From: an uncultured Shimia sp.
Lineage (GTDB): Bacteria > Pseudomonadota > Alphaproteobacteria > Rhodobacterales > Rhodobacteraceae
Assembly: GCA_937881735.1 (NCBI GenBank)
Contig: CALGEH010000220.1
Location: forward strand, 1-51,925
DNA length: 51,925 nt
Direction of reading: 5' to 3'
Position 1 is the first letter of the stretch; each line of letters opens with the position of its first letter. The translations under genes and the position numbers were made by a program. This document shows positions 8,781-19,061 of this stretch, one piece after another. The notes beneath the pieces were generated by a model that had not been told where the DNA came from, did not search any database, and saw nothing but the letters and a program-made list of their open reading frames with translations.

Positions 8781-10316
8781 CTACCTGCGTCGGAACATGC
8801 CGCGCAGCTCGTCCATGCGGAACGCACCCAGAAGCCGCCCGGCGATGAAATAGCTGACCGCTCCGATGGTGATAAGCAGCAAAAGCGTCAGCCACCGCCA
8901 GCCGGGAAGCCCGAAGAACGGCCCGATGGCCAGCAAGGTCATCCAGAGCACCACGCCCATGAGCGCCGCCGCCACGCAGATGCGCCAAACCCGGCGGCGG
9001 AACCGCGTGTCAAAGCGTGCCACCTCGCCAAACTGCCGCGTGCCGCGCGCCAGAAGCCACACCATAGCCCAGCCCGCCAGCGTCGTGGCAATCGCCGCCG
9101 CGATCCAGCCGATCACGGGTGCCAGGCCAATGGCGATGGCGGCATTCACCACCATGGCCACGACCGCGTAATGGAACGGGCGCTTGGTATCCTCGCGCGC
9201 GAAATAGATGGGCTGGAGCACTTTTTGCAAGACAAACGCAGGCAGGCCGAGGCCGTAGATGCCCACCGCCAGCGCCGTGGCCGCCGTGTCATCCGGGCCG
9301 AACGCGCCGCGCTCAAAGAGGACCGAGACTAGCGGGAAAGGCACCACCATCAGCGCCACAGCCGAAGGGATGGTAAGCGCCAGAGACAGCTCGCCCGCGC
9401 GGCTCAGCGCCTCGCGCCCGCCCGCCCCGTCGCCGGATTTGAGGCGTCGCGACAGGTCCGGCAGCAGCACGATCCCCACGGCGATCCCCACAACGCCCAG
9501 AGGCAATTGATACAGCCGATCGGCGGCATAGAGCCAGCTCACCGCATTGTCGAAATTCGACGCGACCTGCTGGCCCACCAGAAGGTTGATCTGCATGACG
9601 CCGCCCGCGAGGGCCGCAGGCACGGCTATGCGGACAAGCTGAGCCATATCGGGGGTCCAGCGGGGCCGCACCAGCCGCACGTTTTGCCCAGCGCGCCTTG
9701 CCGCCACCCAGACGAGGGCGAGCTGCGCGACCCCGGCGAAGGGGATGGTCCATACGAGCGCCTCGATCACCGCGCCGCCCATGATGACCGCGCCGATCAT
9801 CGCGGCGCAGAGCATGACGTTGAGCAGCACGGGTGCGGCGGCTGCGGCCACAAACCGCCCCGTGGAGTTTAACACCCCCGACAGCAGGGCAGCCAGAGAG
9901 ATGAACAGGATATAGGGAAAGACGATTCGCCCGAAGCCCACGGTCAGATCGAACCGCGCGTCCTGCGCGAACCCGCCCGCCGTGGCCCAGACCAGCGCGG
10001 GCATGAAGATCATCGACACGCCGGTCAGCAAGAGCAACACAAGGGCCAATCCGCTCATCGCTTGGCTGGCGAACCCATCGGGGTCCTGTCCGCCCTCAAG
10101 CCGTTTGGAGAACATCGGCACGAAGGCTGCGTTGAACGCGCCCTCGGCAAAGAACCGACGGAAGAGATTGGGCAGGCGGAAGGCGGCGACAAACGCATCC
10201 ATCAAAGGCCCCGGCCCGATAAAGCCCGCAATCAGAACGTCTCGCACCATCCCAAGCACCCGGCTCAGAAGCGTCCAGACCCCTACGGTCATCACGCCGC
10301 GCATCAGGCGGCTCAT
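8781..10316 (-). CDS. murJ: Lipid II flippase MurJ (MviN)
   Basis: SRVLGMVRD, AFRLPNLFRRFFAEGA, YAADRLYQLPLG, FERGAF. Confidence 0.96.
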   Translation of the reverse strand: MSRLMRGVMTVGVWTLLSRVLGMVRDVLIAGFIGPGPLMDAFVAAFRLPNLFRRFFAEGAFNAAFVPMFSKRLEGGQDPDGFASQAMSGLALVLLLLTGVSMIFMPALVWATAGGFAQDARFDLTVGFGRIVFPYILFISLAALLSGVLNSTGRFVAAAAAPVLLNVMLCAAMIGAVIMGGAVIEALVWTIPFAGVAQLALVWVAARRAGQNVRLVRPRWTPDMAQLVRIAVPAALAGGVMQINLLVGQQVASNFDNAVSWLYAADRLYQLPLGVVGIAVGIVLLPDLSRRLKSGDGAGGREALSRAGELSLALTIPSAVALMVVPFPLVSVLFERGAFGPDDTAATALAVGIYGLGLPAFVLQKVLQPIYFAREDTKRPFHYAVVAMVVNAAIAIGLAPVIGWIAAAIATTLAGWAMVWLLARGTRQFGEVARFDTRFRRRVWRICVAAALMGVVLWMTLLAIGPFFGLPGWRWLTLLLLITIGAVSYFIAGRLLGAFRMDELRGMFRRR

Positions 10317-13021
10317 GTGCTGGCCCTTTGCGCGCCCTCTGAAATGGCGAGGCGCAGCTTTTTCTCTAGCCCTTTTTGCTTCGCGTCCGAATGGAATTTC
10401 AGCCCGAACATATCTTTGACGTAGAACGTATCGACCACCTGCTCGCCATAGGTCGCGATGACGGCGCTGGCGATATACACATGCGCCTCGGCCAAGGTGC
10501 GGGTGAGGTCATAGAGAAGGCCCGGACGGTCTCGGGTGTCGACCTCGATGATGGTGTAAATTTCCGACCCTTCATTGTCGAAGGTGATGTGGGTGGGCAC
10601 CCGGAAGGCGCGCTCGCGCTTTTTGATCTTGTCACGCGATTGCATAGCGTCGGAGGCTTTGATCTCGCCCTTGAGGGTCTTGTTGATGGACGCGCTCAGC
10701 CGTGGCAGGCGCGCGGCCTCGTAGGGGTGTCCGTCGGCATCCTGCACCCAGAAAGCGGCGGTGGCGAAGCCGTCATTGGACGTGTAGGTCCGCGCGTCCA
10801 CCACATTGGCCCCGACAAGTGCCAAGGCCCCGGCAAGGCGCGAGAAGATGCCGGGGTGGTCGGCCATGACAAAACAGGCGCGGGTCGCGTCGCGGTCCTC
10901 GTCCACATCAAGATCGATGGCGATGTCGCCATCTTTTATATCGCGCAGAAGGCGGGCAAAGACGGCGTGGGCGGTGACATGCAGCCCCTGCCAATAGGGC
11001 GGATAGTGCCGCGCTGTCTCGCTCTTGAGATCGCGTGCGTCCCACCCCTTAAGCGCCTCGCGCAGGTTGCGTTTGGCGTCCGAGCCGCGCTGTTCGCGGT
11101 TGAGGTCTTCGAGCCCCCCCTCCATGGCGCGGCGCGTCTGGCGATAAAGCGCGCGGATGAGCGAGGCTTTCCAGTTGTTCCACGTGCCCGGCCCCACGCC
11201 GCGAATGTCGCAGACCGTGAGCACGCAGAGCATATCCAGCCGCTCGCGCGTCTGCACGGCCTTGGCGAAATCGCGCACGGTGCGCGGGTCGGCGATATCG
11301 CGTTTCTGCGCCATGTCGGACATCAGAAGATGATAGCGCACCAGCCATTCGGCGGTGTCCACCTCCTTGGGTTTGAGACCCAAACGCGGAGCCACTTTGC
11401 GCGTGATCTGCGCACCCAGGATGGAGTGGTCCTCGTCCCGCCCCTTGCCGATATCATGCAGCAAAAGTGCCACGTAAAGCACACGGCGGTTGATCCCCTC
11501 TTTCAGGATCGAAGAGGCGACAGGAAGCTCCTCGATAAGCTCCTCACGCTCGATCATGGCAAGGTGACGGATGCATTGGATCGTATGCTCGTCCACGGTG
11601 TAGTGGTGATACATGTTGAACTGCATCATTGCCACGATCGGCTCAAACTCCGGGATGAAGGTGCTGAGCACGCCAAGCTCGTTCATCCGGCGCAAGGCGC
11701 GCTCGGGGTTGCCGTGTTTGAGCAAAAGACCCACAAAGAGCTTTTGCGCCACAGGGTCTGCACGCAGGTCGTCGTCGATCAGGTCCAGATTGGCCGTGAC
11801 CAGCCGCATCGCATCGGGGTGAATGAAAAGCCCCGTGCGCAGCGCCTCCTCAAAGAGGCGCAGGATGTTCATCCGGTCGGCGAGGAACTCTGCATCATCG
11901 GCGATGGCAAGGCGGCCATGCACCTCCACATAGCCGGGCTTGAGCTTCTTGCGGCGGCGAAAGAGGCGTTGCAACAAAGGCTCTGACTTGACGTGATCGG
12001 CCTCAAGCTTGGTCAGGAAGATGCGTGTGAGATCGCCCACGGCGGTGGCGTGGCGGAAGTAATCTTGCATGAACACTTCGACGCCGCGCCGCCCTGCAGT
12101 ATCGGCATAGCCCATCCGCTCGGCCACCTCGACTTGGAGATCGAAGGTCAGCTGTTCGGTCGGGTGGCGGGTGACCAGATGCAGATGGCAGCGCACGGCC
12201 CAGAGAAAAGTCTCGGCCTGGATAAAGGTCTCAAATTCATCGGCTGTGAAGACCTTGAGGCGCACAAGCTCGGCAGCATCGGTGACGCGGTAGATATATT
12301 TGGCGATCCAAAAGAGCGATTGCAGGTCGCGCAGACCACCCTTGCCCTCTTTTACATTCGGCTCGACCATATACCGCTGGCCGCCCTGCTTTTCGTGGCG
12401 CGCATCGCGCTCCTCCAGCTTGGCCTCGATAAACGCGCGCTCGGAATTTTTGAACAGATCGTTCCAGAGCCTGTGGTTCAACTGCCCGGCCAGCTTTTGA
12501 TCGCCCGTCAGATACCGGTTTTCCAAAAGGGCGGTGCGGATTGTGAAATCATCGCCAGCAAGGCGCAGGCAATCGCCGATGGTGCGGCTGGCCTGGCCCA
12601 CTTTGAGGCGCAGGTCCCACAACATATAGAGCATGGTCTCGATCACGCTCTCGGCCCAGCCGGTGATCTTGTAGGGCGTGAGAAACAGCAGATCGACATC
12701 GGATTGTGGCGCCATTTCGCCGCGTCCATAGCCGCCCACGGCCATGAGGGTCAGGCGCTCGGCCTCGGTCGGGGTGGGCAGGGGGTGCAGGCGCATTGTG
12801 GCCAGTTCATGCACGCTCAGTACAAGGCAATCCGTCAGCCATGTATAGGCACGCGTGGCCGCGCGCGCTTCGAACGGATGGGTTGCCAGCGCTGCTGCAA
12901 TAGCGTCGCGTCCGCTCTTTTGGGCCGCACCGAGGATGCGCACCGCCTCGCCGCGCAAATCTTCTGTCGCGACGTCAGCCAGAGCCAGACGCACGGCCTC
13001 TCTATCGAACACATCCTGCAC
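10313..13021 (-). CDS. glnD: PII uridylyltransferase/uridylyl-removing enzyme
   Basis: AVGGYGRGEMAPQSDVDLL, EPNVKEGKGGLRD, HHYTVDEH, LLHDIGKG, two C-terminal ACT domains (DHPGIF, DRPGLL). The true start may be further upstream (CTG at 13078). Confidence 0.96.
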   Translation of the reverse strand: MQDVFDREAVRLALADVATEDLRGEAVRILGAAQKSGRDAIAAALATHPFEARAATRAYTWLTDCLVLSVHELATMRLHPLPTPTEAERLTLMAVGGYGRGEMAPQSDVDLLFLTPYKITGWAESVIETMLYMLWDLRLKVGQASRTIGDCLRLAGDDFTIRTALLENRYLTGDQKLAGQLNHRLWNDLFKNSERAFIEAKLEERDARHEKQGGQRYMVEPNVKEGKGGLRDLQSLFWIAKYIYRVTDAAELVRLKVFTADEFETFIQAETFLWAVRCHLHLVTRHPTEQLTFDLQVEVAERMGYADTAGRRGVEVFMQDYFRHATAVGDLTRIFLTKLEADHVKSEPLLQRLFRRRKKLKPGYVEVHGRLAIADDAEFLADRMNILRLFEEALRTGLFIHPDAMRLVTANLDLIDDDLRADPVAQKLFVGLLLKHGNPERALRRMNELGVLSTFIPEFEPIVAMMQFNMYHHYTVDEHTIQCIRHLAMIEREELIEELPVASSILKEGINRRVLYVALLLHDIGKGRDEDHSILGAQITRKVAPRLGLKPKEVDTAEWLVRYHLLMSDMAQKRDIADPRTVRDFAKAVQTRERLDMLCVLTVCDIRGVGPGTWNNWKASLIRALYRQTRRAMEGGLEDLNREQRGSDAKRNLREALKGWDARDLKSETARHYPPYWQGLHVTAHAVFARLLRDIKDGDIAIDLDVDEDRDATRACFVMADHPGIFSRLAGALALVGANVVDARTYTSNDGFATAAFWVQDADGHPYEAARLPRLSASINKTLKGEIKASDAMQSRDKIKKRERAFRVPTHITFDNEGSEIYTIIEVDTRDRPGLLYDLTRTLAEAHVYIASAVIATYGEQVVDTFYVKDMFGLKFHSDAKQKGLEKKLRLAISEGAQRAST

Positions 13022-13081
13022 GGGGCAGATCAGATCGTCCGGCGGAGTGGCAATTTTAGGGGTGGCGAGGTCTTGCAGTGT

Positions 13082-14269
13082 TTAGAACCCCGCGCGGCCA
13101 AAGCTGCTGGGCGCTTGCTCCAGGATCACCAGCTTTTTGTCGCGGACCGAAGCGACGACGAGGCCACGCTCGTTCGTCCCATCGGGGCGCAGGCGGAAGA
13201 CACCATCGACGCCTTGGAACCCAGCCGACTGTGTAAGGCCCGAGCGGGTCAGAGCATCGCCTTGACCGGATTTGGCCAATGCGCCGATCGCAGCGATCCC
13301 GTCATAGGCAAGGCCAGCGATTGCGTGGGGCGTGTTGCCGTTGACCTCCTGGAAGCGTGCGGAAAAGCGGGCCGAGCGGTTTGGGTCTGGCATGGCGAAC
13401 CAGCCGTTCTGCACACCGGGCAGGTCCAAAGTCTGGGCCGGTTTGTCCCAACGCGACAGCCCGATATACTGCATATTCGCCGTGTCCAGCCCAGTCTCGG
13501 GCAGCATCTGCGAGAAAAGCGGGAGCGCGCCTGCGGTGTTTGCGGTCATAAAGATCGCATCCGTATTGGTGCTGCGGGCTGTGGCGGCGATTTGCGGCAC
13601 GGCGGCGACGACACCCTGCTGGCTGAACTCATAAGCCACTGTGCCAACCAGTGTGCCTCCCGCAGCGGCTGTGGCTTTCTGAATGGCCTGTTTGCCAAGC
13701 TCGCCCGCGAGGTTGTTGGAATGAACTGCGAGAATGCGGGGCTTGCCCTGCCGGACGGCATATTTTGCAAGACGGTCGGCTGTGTTGTCGAAGGTCTGCC
13801 CCAGAACGAAGAGGTTGCCGCCGGCGATGCTGGCATTATTGGAAAAGGCCAGCACGTTGATGTTTTTCGGTGCCATCGCCACAGCGACGGCATTGGCCGA
13901 TTCGGCGTGAAGCGGGCCCAGGATGATCTTGGCGCCGTCGGTGGCGGCATTGAGGGCGGCTTGCTGCGCCTGCCCCGCTTGGCCTGCGGTGCCGTAAACG
14001 CGCAGGTCAATCCGGACACCCTGCAGATCGGCCACGGCGAGACGGGCCGCGTTCTCCAGATCACGCGCCAATGCGGCTTCCTGCGCGCTGGAGGACCCAT
14101 GCGGGACCAACATAGCAACGGCGACAGGGGCACCGGGATCAATGCTCTGCCCGGAATTGCCACCACCGCCGCCAAGGCTCACGGGCTGACAGGCGGCCAC
14201 GATCAGAACAGTGCACAAAGCGGCCAAACGGCGCATCGCCTTGCGGGCGGACAGGAAAACAGCAAACAT
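13082..14269 (-). CDS. LppC/LpoA-type penicillin-binding protein activator lipoprotein (periplasmic binding fold)
   Basis: Lipobox VAAC, IILGPL, LAYDG, GFQGVDGVFR; divergent from rsmI-yraN as in the conserved arrangement. Confidence 0.8.
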   Translation of the reverse strand: MFAVFLSARKAMRRLAALCTVLIVAACQPVSLGGGGGNSGQSIDPGAPVAVAMLVPHGSSSAQEAALARDLENAARLAVADLQGVRIDLRVYGTAGQAGQAQQAALNAATDGAKIILGPLHAESANAVAVAMAPKNINVLAFSNNASIAGGNLFVLGQTFDNTADRLAKYAVRQGKPRILAVHSNNLAGELGKQAIQKATAAAGGTLVGTVAYEFSQQGVVAAVPQIAATARSTNTDAIFMTANTAGALPLFSQMLPETGLDTANMQYIGLSRWDKPAQTLDLPGVQNGWFAMPDPNRSARFSARFQEVNGNTPHAIAGLAYDGIAAIGALAKSGQGDALTRSGLTQSAGFQGVDGVFRLRPDGTNERGLVVASVRDKKLVILEQAPSSFGRAGF

Positions 14270-14358
14270 GGGGAACCTCTCACTCGGGTGACGGAAGGCG
14301 CGCGAAACGGCGCGCCGGGCGTTAACGGCAATCATAAACGACAGATGGGGCGGGTCCA

Positions 14359-15225
14359 GTGGCTATTGCGAATAAGCAGACCCTTGCGCCGGGGCTCTAC
14401 CTTGTGGCGACGCCGATCGGGGCTGCGCGTGATATTACGCTACGCACGCTGGACATTCTGGCCAGTGCCGATGTGCTGGCCGCCGAAGACACGCGGAGCC
14501 TGCGCAAGCTGATGGATATCCACGGCATTGCCTTGGAGGATCGGCCCCTTGTGGCCTATCACGACCACAATGGTGATCGGGCGCGGCCCCGGCTTTTGGC
14601 GGCGATGCAGGACGGGAAATCAGTGGTTTACGCCTCGGAGGCGGGCACGCCTATGGTGGCGGACCCGGGGTTTGATCTGGCGCGGGCGGCCGTGGCCGAA
14701 GGGTATGGGCTGATCTCGGCACCCGGGCCTTCGGCGGTGATCACGGCATTGACGGTGGCGGGGCTGGCCACGGACCGGTTTCTCTTTGCGGGGTTTTTGC
14801 CGAACACCGCGTCACAGCGGAAAACCGCGCTCAAGGCGCTATCGGCGGTGCCCGCAACGATTGTGTTCTACGAATCGCCCAAGCGTGTGGCGGCAATGCT
14901 GCGCGATGCGGTGGAGGTTCTGGGCGGTGCGCGCGAGGCGGCTGTGTGCCGGGAACTGACCAAGAAATTCGAGGAAGTGCAGCGCGGATGCCTCAGCGAT
15001 CTGGCGGCCGAGGCGGCGGCGAACCCGCGCAAGGGCGAGATGGTGGTGCTTATCGCGCGTGGCGATTCAGAGGATCTTAGCGAAGATGATGTTGAATCGA
15101 TGGTGAAGACGGCGCTTGAAGATATGTCGGTGCGCGACGCGGCGGATTATGTGGCGGCCAAAACGGGACAGAAACGGCGCATGGTCTACCAGATAGCGCT
15201 GCGGATGGCAGGGGATACGGAATGA
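14359..15225 (+). CDS. rsmI: 16S rRNA C1402 2'-O-methyltransferase
   Basis: LYLVATPIG, AAEDTR, SEAGTP, DPG, PGPSA, FYESPKR, RELTKKFEE. Confidence 0.95.
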   Translation: MAIANKQTLAPGLYLVATPIGAARDITLRTLDILASADVLAAEDTRSLRKLMDIHGIALEDRPLVAYHDHNGDRARPRLLAAMQDGKSVVYASEAGTPMVADPGFDLARAAVAEGYGLISAPGPSAVITALTVAGLATDRFLFAGFLPNTASQRKTALKALSAVPATIVFYESPKRVAAMLRDAVEVLGGAREAAVCRELTKKFEEVQRGCLSDLAAEAAANPRKGEMVVLIARGDSEDLSEDDVESMVKTALEDMSVRDAADYVAAKTGQKRRMVYQIALRMAGDTE

Positions 15226-15632
15226 AGCATACGGATTTCAACGAAGCTTCGGCGCAGCTGGTTCCTGCCCGCCAGCGGGCTGGGCGGCGGGCTTATCTGT
15301 CGGGCCATGCGGCCGAGGCGCGCGCGATTGATCTCTATGCAGCCCGTGGCGCGACCCTGTTGGAAAGCCAGTGGCGCGGGAAAAGCGGTGAGATTGACCT
15401 GATCTTCGAGAAAGACGGTGAGATCATTTTTGCCGAAGTGAAATCCGCGCGCAGCCATGATGCCGCTATGGCCCGTCTTGGACGCGCACAGATGCAGCGC
15501 ATCCACCGCGCGGGGTCTGAATATCTGGCACATACTCCGAAGGGGCAACTCTCGGATGTGCGGTTCGATCTCGTTGTGGTCGACGGACAAGGATGCGGCG
15601 ATATCCTTGAGGGCGCGTTCTCACATTTCTGA
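15222..15632 (+). CDS. yraN: YraN-family (UPF0102) PD-(D/E)XK nuclease
   Basis: GEIDLI...FAEVKS and RFDLV motifs; ATGA overlap with rsmI. Confidence 0.9.
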   Translation: MKHTDFNEASAQLVPARQRAGRRAYLSGHAAEARAIDLYAARGATLLESQWRGKSGEIDLIFEKDGEIIFAEVKSARSHDAAMARLGRAQMQRIHRAGSEYLAHTPKGQLSDVRFDLVVVDGQGCGDILEGAFSHF

Positions 15633-15692
15633 ATTGCGCCTGCCAGGTGCATGGCCCATGTAGGAGCGGTGTATCATCCGCGGGGGCAGGCT

Positions 15693-16628
15693 ATGAAAAT
15701 CGCATTCCAGATGGACCCGATCGGGCCGATCAATATCGACGCCGACAGCACCTTCCGCCTCGCCGAAGAGGCGCAGGCCCGCGGGCATGAGCTGTTTTAT
15801 TACACGCCGGACAAGCTGGCCTATGACGAAGGCCGTGTCACCGCGCGCGGCTGGCCTCTGACCGTGCAGAGGGTTGTGGGCGATCATGCGATCTTGGGCG
15901 ATGAGCAAACGGTCAATCTGGCGGAGTTCGATGTCGTCTGGCTCCGGCAGGACCCACCTTTTGACATGTTCTACATTACGACGACCCATCTGCTGGACCG
16001 GCTCGCGCCCGGCACTTTGGTCGTCAACGATCCGTTTTGGGTGCGCAATTTCCCCGAGAAGCTTTTGATCCTCGATTTTCCGGATTTGATGCCCCCCACC
16101 ACAATTGCGCGCGATTTGGCGACGATCCGCGCCTTTAAGGACCGGCATGGCGATGTGATCCTGAAGCCGCTTTACGGCAATGGCGGCGCGGGTGTTTTCC
16201 TTTTGCGTGAGGGCGACAGCAACCTCAGCTCGCTGCATGAGATGTTCACCGGGTTCAGCCGCGAGCCTTTGATCGTGCAGAAATTCCTCCCCGAGGTCTC
16301 GGCGGGCGACAAGCGGGTGATCTTGGTGGATGGCGTGCCGGTGGGCGCGATCAACCGGGTGCCTGCCAAGGGCGAGACCCGCTCGAACATGCATGTGGGC
16401 GGGCGACCCGAGAAGGTGGAGTTGACCGAGCGCGATCTAGAGATTTGCGCCGCTATTGGTCCCCTGCTCCGCGAAAAGGGTCAGGTTTTTGTCGGGATCG
16501 ACGTGATCGGAAGATACCTGACCGAGATCAACGTGACCTCACCCACCGGCATTCAGGAGCTTGAGCGCTTTGACGGTGTGAACATCGCCGCAAAGATTTG
16601 GGAGGCAATCGAGGCTCGGCGCGCTTGA
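15693..16628 (+). CDS. gshB: Glutathione synthetase
   Basis: [41 protein letters not shown]. Confidence 0.97.
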   Translation: MKIAFQMDPIGPINIDADSTFRLAEEAQARGHELFYYTPDKLAYDEGRVTARGWPLTVQRVVGDHAILGDEQTVNLAEFDVVWLRQDPPFDMFYITTTHLLDRLAPGTLVVNDPFWVRNFPEKLLILDFPDLMPPTTIARDLATIRAFKDRHGDVILKPLYGNGGAGVFLLREGDSNLSSLHEMFTGFSREPLIVQKFLPEVSAGDKRVILVDGVPVGAINRVPAKGETRSNMHVGGRPEKVELTERDLEICAAIGPLLREKGQVFVGIDVIGRYLTEINVTSPTGIQELERFDGVNIAAKIWEAIEARRA

Positions 16629-17503
16629 GTGTCGTCTTGCGGCTTCTGAACCCGTATCTGCGCCTGACGGAAAAGACCCATATGGCGCGGGCCGTCACAC
16701 CCGCGCTGCTCCGCCGAAGCTTCGAACGCAAGGCGCGCTTGTTTTTCCATGGCCCCCGGACCGTGCGAACAAGCGTATGGGCAGGCGGCGGCTTGGAGCT
16801 TTCGGGGCCTGAGCATGGCCCCGTGATTCTTTACCTCCATGGTGGTGGTTTTATCTTTGGCTCCCCCGAGACGCACAGAGCCATGGTTGCGCGGCTTTGC
16901 GCAATAGCAGGGATGCGGGCGATTTTGCCGCGCTACCGCCTTGCGCCGGAACACCCGTTTCCCGCCGCGCAGGAGGATGCTATGACCGCCTATCGCGCGG
17001 TTATGGACCGCCCGGGCGGCGTTTTTCTGGGTGGGGACAGTGCGGGTGGCGCGTTGGCGCTGTCACTTTTGGCGCAAATCACCGCGGAAGGATTGCCCCA
17101 ACCGCGCGGCACGTTTGCGTTCTCGCCGCTCACCGATCTGAGCTATTCCGGTGCCAGTTTCACCCAAAACGCCCGCAGGGATGTTGTGCTGCCCGCCGAG
17201 CGGGCGGGGGAGATGGGCGAAATGTTCCTGCGTGGAACCTCTGCGCGCAATCCACGGGCCTCGCCGCTCTTTGCGCAATTCAAAGGTGCTGCGCCAGTCT
17301 GGCTGACAGTTGGTGACACCGAGATATTGCTGGATGACACGCAGCGGATGGCGGCGCATTTGCGCAGCGCAGGCGTGAATGTCACTGCCATTATCAAGCC
17401 GGACCACCCGCATGTCTGGCCGATTTTCCACAATATTTTGCCCGAAGCCCGCCAGACGCTGCACGAGGTGGCGGCGTGGCTCACATCTCTCGCGCGCCAG
17501 TGA
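16625..17503 (+). CDS. Alpha/beta hydrolase, hormone-sensitive-lipase-family esterase
   Basis: HGGG oxyanion motif, [18 protein letters not shown] nucleophile, EILLDD, HVW; TTG start overlaps the gshB stop. Confidence 0.88.
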   Translation: MSVVLRLLNPYLRLTEKTHMARAVTPALLRRSFERKARLFFHGPRTVRTSVWAGGGLELSGPEHGPVILYLHGGGFIFGSPETHRAMVARLCAIAGMRAILPRYRLAPEHPFPAAQEDAMTAYRAVMDRPGGVFLGGDSAGGALALSLLAQITAEGLPQPRGTFAFSPLTDLSYSGASFTQNARRDVVLPAERAGEMGEMFLRGTSARNPRASPLFAQFKGAAPVWLTVGDTEILLDDTQRMAAHLRSAGVNVTAIIKPDHPHVWPIFHNILPEARQTLHEVAAWLTSLARQ

Positions 17504-18995
17504 TGCGGTAACCCATCGCCTCTGCCACATGGGGGCGACGGACGTCCGAGGCCCCGTCCAGATCGGCGATGGTGCGCGCCACGCGGAGCACGCGGTGATA
17601 GCCACGCGCCGACAGTCCAAACCGCTCGGCTACCTTGTTCAGCAATGCGCGACCCTCCGGGTCAGGTGCTGCGATTTCGGTGAGGATCTCGCCCTCGGCA
17701 TCGGCGTTGAGAAACATGTCGGGCTGCGCGGCAAAGCGGGCCTCCTGCACCGTGCGGGCGGCTGCGACGCGGACGGCGACATCCGCTGAGGATTCCCCGT
17801 TTGCAGGCAGATCCAGATCGGTGAAGCTCACGGGCGGCACTTCGATACGCAAATCGAACCGGTCCATCAAAGGCCCGCTTATCCGGCCCATATACTCCTC
17901 CCCGCAGGTGGGTGCGCGGGAGCAGGCCCGCTCGGCATCGCTGAGATATCCGCATTTGCACGGGTTTGCCGCAGCCACCAGCATGAAGCGGCACGGGTAG
18001 CGCACATGGGCGTTGGCACGCGAGATCATCACCTCCCCCGTCTCGATGGGTTGGCGGAGTGATTCCAAAACGTTGCGGGCATATTCGGGGAATTCATCCA
18101 TGAAAAGAACGCCGTTATGCGCAAGGCTGATCTCGCCCGGTCCGGCCTTGCGCCCACCGCCTGCCACGGCGGCCATCGATGCGGTGTGATGGGGCGTGCG
18201 GTAAGGGCGGGCGAGGTTGATGCCGCCCTCGTCCAGCAGCCCTGCGAGCGAGTGGACCATCGAGGTCTCCAGTGCCTCGCGCGGGGTGAGCGGGGGTAAG
18301 AGGCCCGGCAGGCGCGCGGCCAGCATCGATTTGCCTGATCCCGGCGGACCCGCGAGCAGGATATGGTGGCGCCCTGCGGCAGCAATCTCCAGCGCGCGTT
18401 TGGCCCGCTCCTGCCCTTTGACATCGCGGAGGTCCTTGCCGCCTGTGGCGCTGTGGACCGCGCCCGGCTCGGCCGGGGTCAGGGGCGCTTGCCCTGTGTA
18501 GTGGCGCACAACATCCGTGAGGCTTGCGGCGGCCAGAACACAGGTGGCGCCGACCCAAGCAGCCTCTGCTCCGGACAGTTTGGGGCAGAGGAGCGTGCGG
18601 TCCTCCTCGGCGGCGGCCATGGCGGCGGGGAGCGCGCCCAAGACGGGCATGAGCGCGCCATCAAGCGACAACTCGCCCAGCGATGTGGTCTCCTCCACGG
18701 CGTCCTTTGGAATGATGTCGAGCGCCGCGAGAAGGGCCAGCGCGATGGGCAGGTCGAAATGGCTGCCCTCCTTGGGCAGGTCGGCCGGGCTGAGGTTGAT
18801 CGTGATCCGCTTGGAGGGCAGGGCGATGGCCATGGAGGTGAGTGCTGTGCGCACCCGGTCGCGTGCCTCGGACACGGCCTTGTCGGCCAAACCCACGATC
18901 GAGAAGGACGGCACCCCGGGCGTGATGGCGCATTGCACCTCGACCTCCCGCGCCTCGATTCCGTCGAAGGCGACCGTGTAGGCGCGCGCGATCAT
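17481..18995 (-). CDS. comM: ComM/YifB AAA+ helicase (Mg-chelatase-like)
   Basis: INLSPADLPKEGSHFDLP, Walker A GPPGSGKS, PHHTAS, GEISLAHNGVLFMDE, SGPLMDRFD, RVARTIADL. Confidence 0.93.
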   Translation of the reverse strand: MIARAYTVAFDGIEAREVEVQCAITPGVPSFSIVGLADKAVSEARDRVRTALTSMAIALPSKRITINLSPADLPKEGSHFDLPIALALLAALDIIPKDAVEETTSLGELSLDGALMPVLGALPAAMAAAEEDRTLLCPKLSGAEAAWVGATCVLAAASLTDVVRHYTGQAPLTPAEPGAVHSATGGKDLRDVKGQERAKRALEIAAAGRHHILLAGPPGSGKSMLAARLPGLLPPLTPREALETSMVHSLAGLLDEGGINLARPYRTPHHTASMAAVAGGGRKAGPGEISLAHNGVLFMDEFPEYARNVLESLRQPIETGEVMISRANAHVRYPCRFMLVAAANPCKCGYLSDAERACSRAPTCGEEYMGRISGPLMDRFDLRIEVPPVSFTDLDLPANGESSADVAVRVAAARTVQEARFAAQPDMFLNADAEGEILTEIAAPDPEGRALLNKVAERFGLSARGYHRVLRVARTIADLDGASDVRRPHVAEAMGYRITGAREM

Positions 18996-19012
18996 TGCGA
19001 TTCTCTCCATTC

Positions 19013-19059
19013 GTAAATCTTGGTTAACGATGCGAGAGGAGTGTTTAGGAATGGTTAAC
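19013..19059 (-). promoter_or_regulatory. Two tandem CtrA-like sites upstream of comM
   Basis: Plus strand GTAA-ATCTTGG-TTAAC (19013-19028) and TTTA-GGAATGG-TTAAC (19044-19059), each one mismatch from TTAA-N7-TTAAC; the second includes TTAACCAT on the minus strand. Confidence 0.7.
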
Positions 19060-19061
19060 GA

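Noticed and set aside
10376-14512. 536-aa and 839-aa plus-strand ORFs
   Set aside because: Antisense shadows of glnD and the lipoprotein gene; their length reflects those two genes sharing a frame.
16625-17503. Esterase as an AHL-degrading (quorum-quenching) enzyme
   Set aside because: Generic HSL-family motifs only; nothing ties it to the lux genes.
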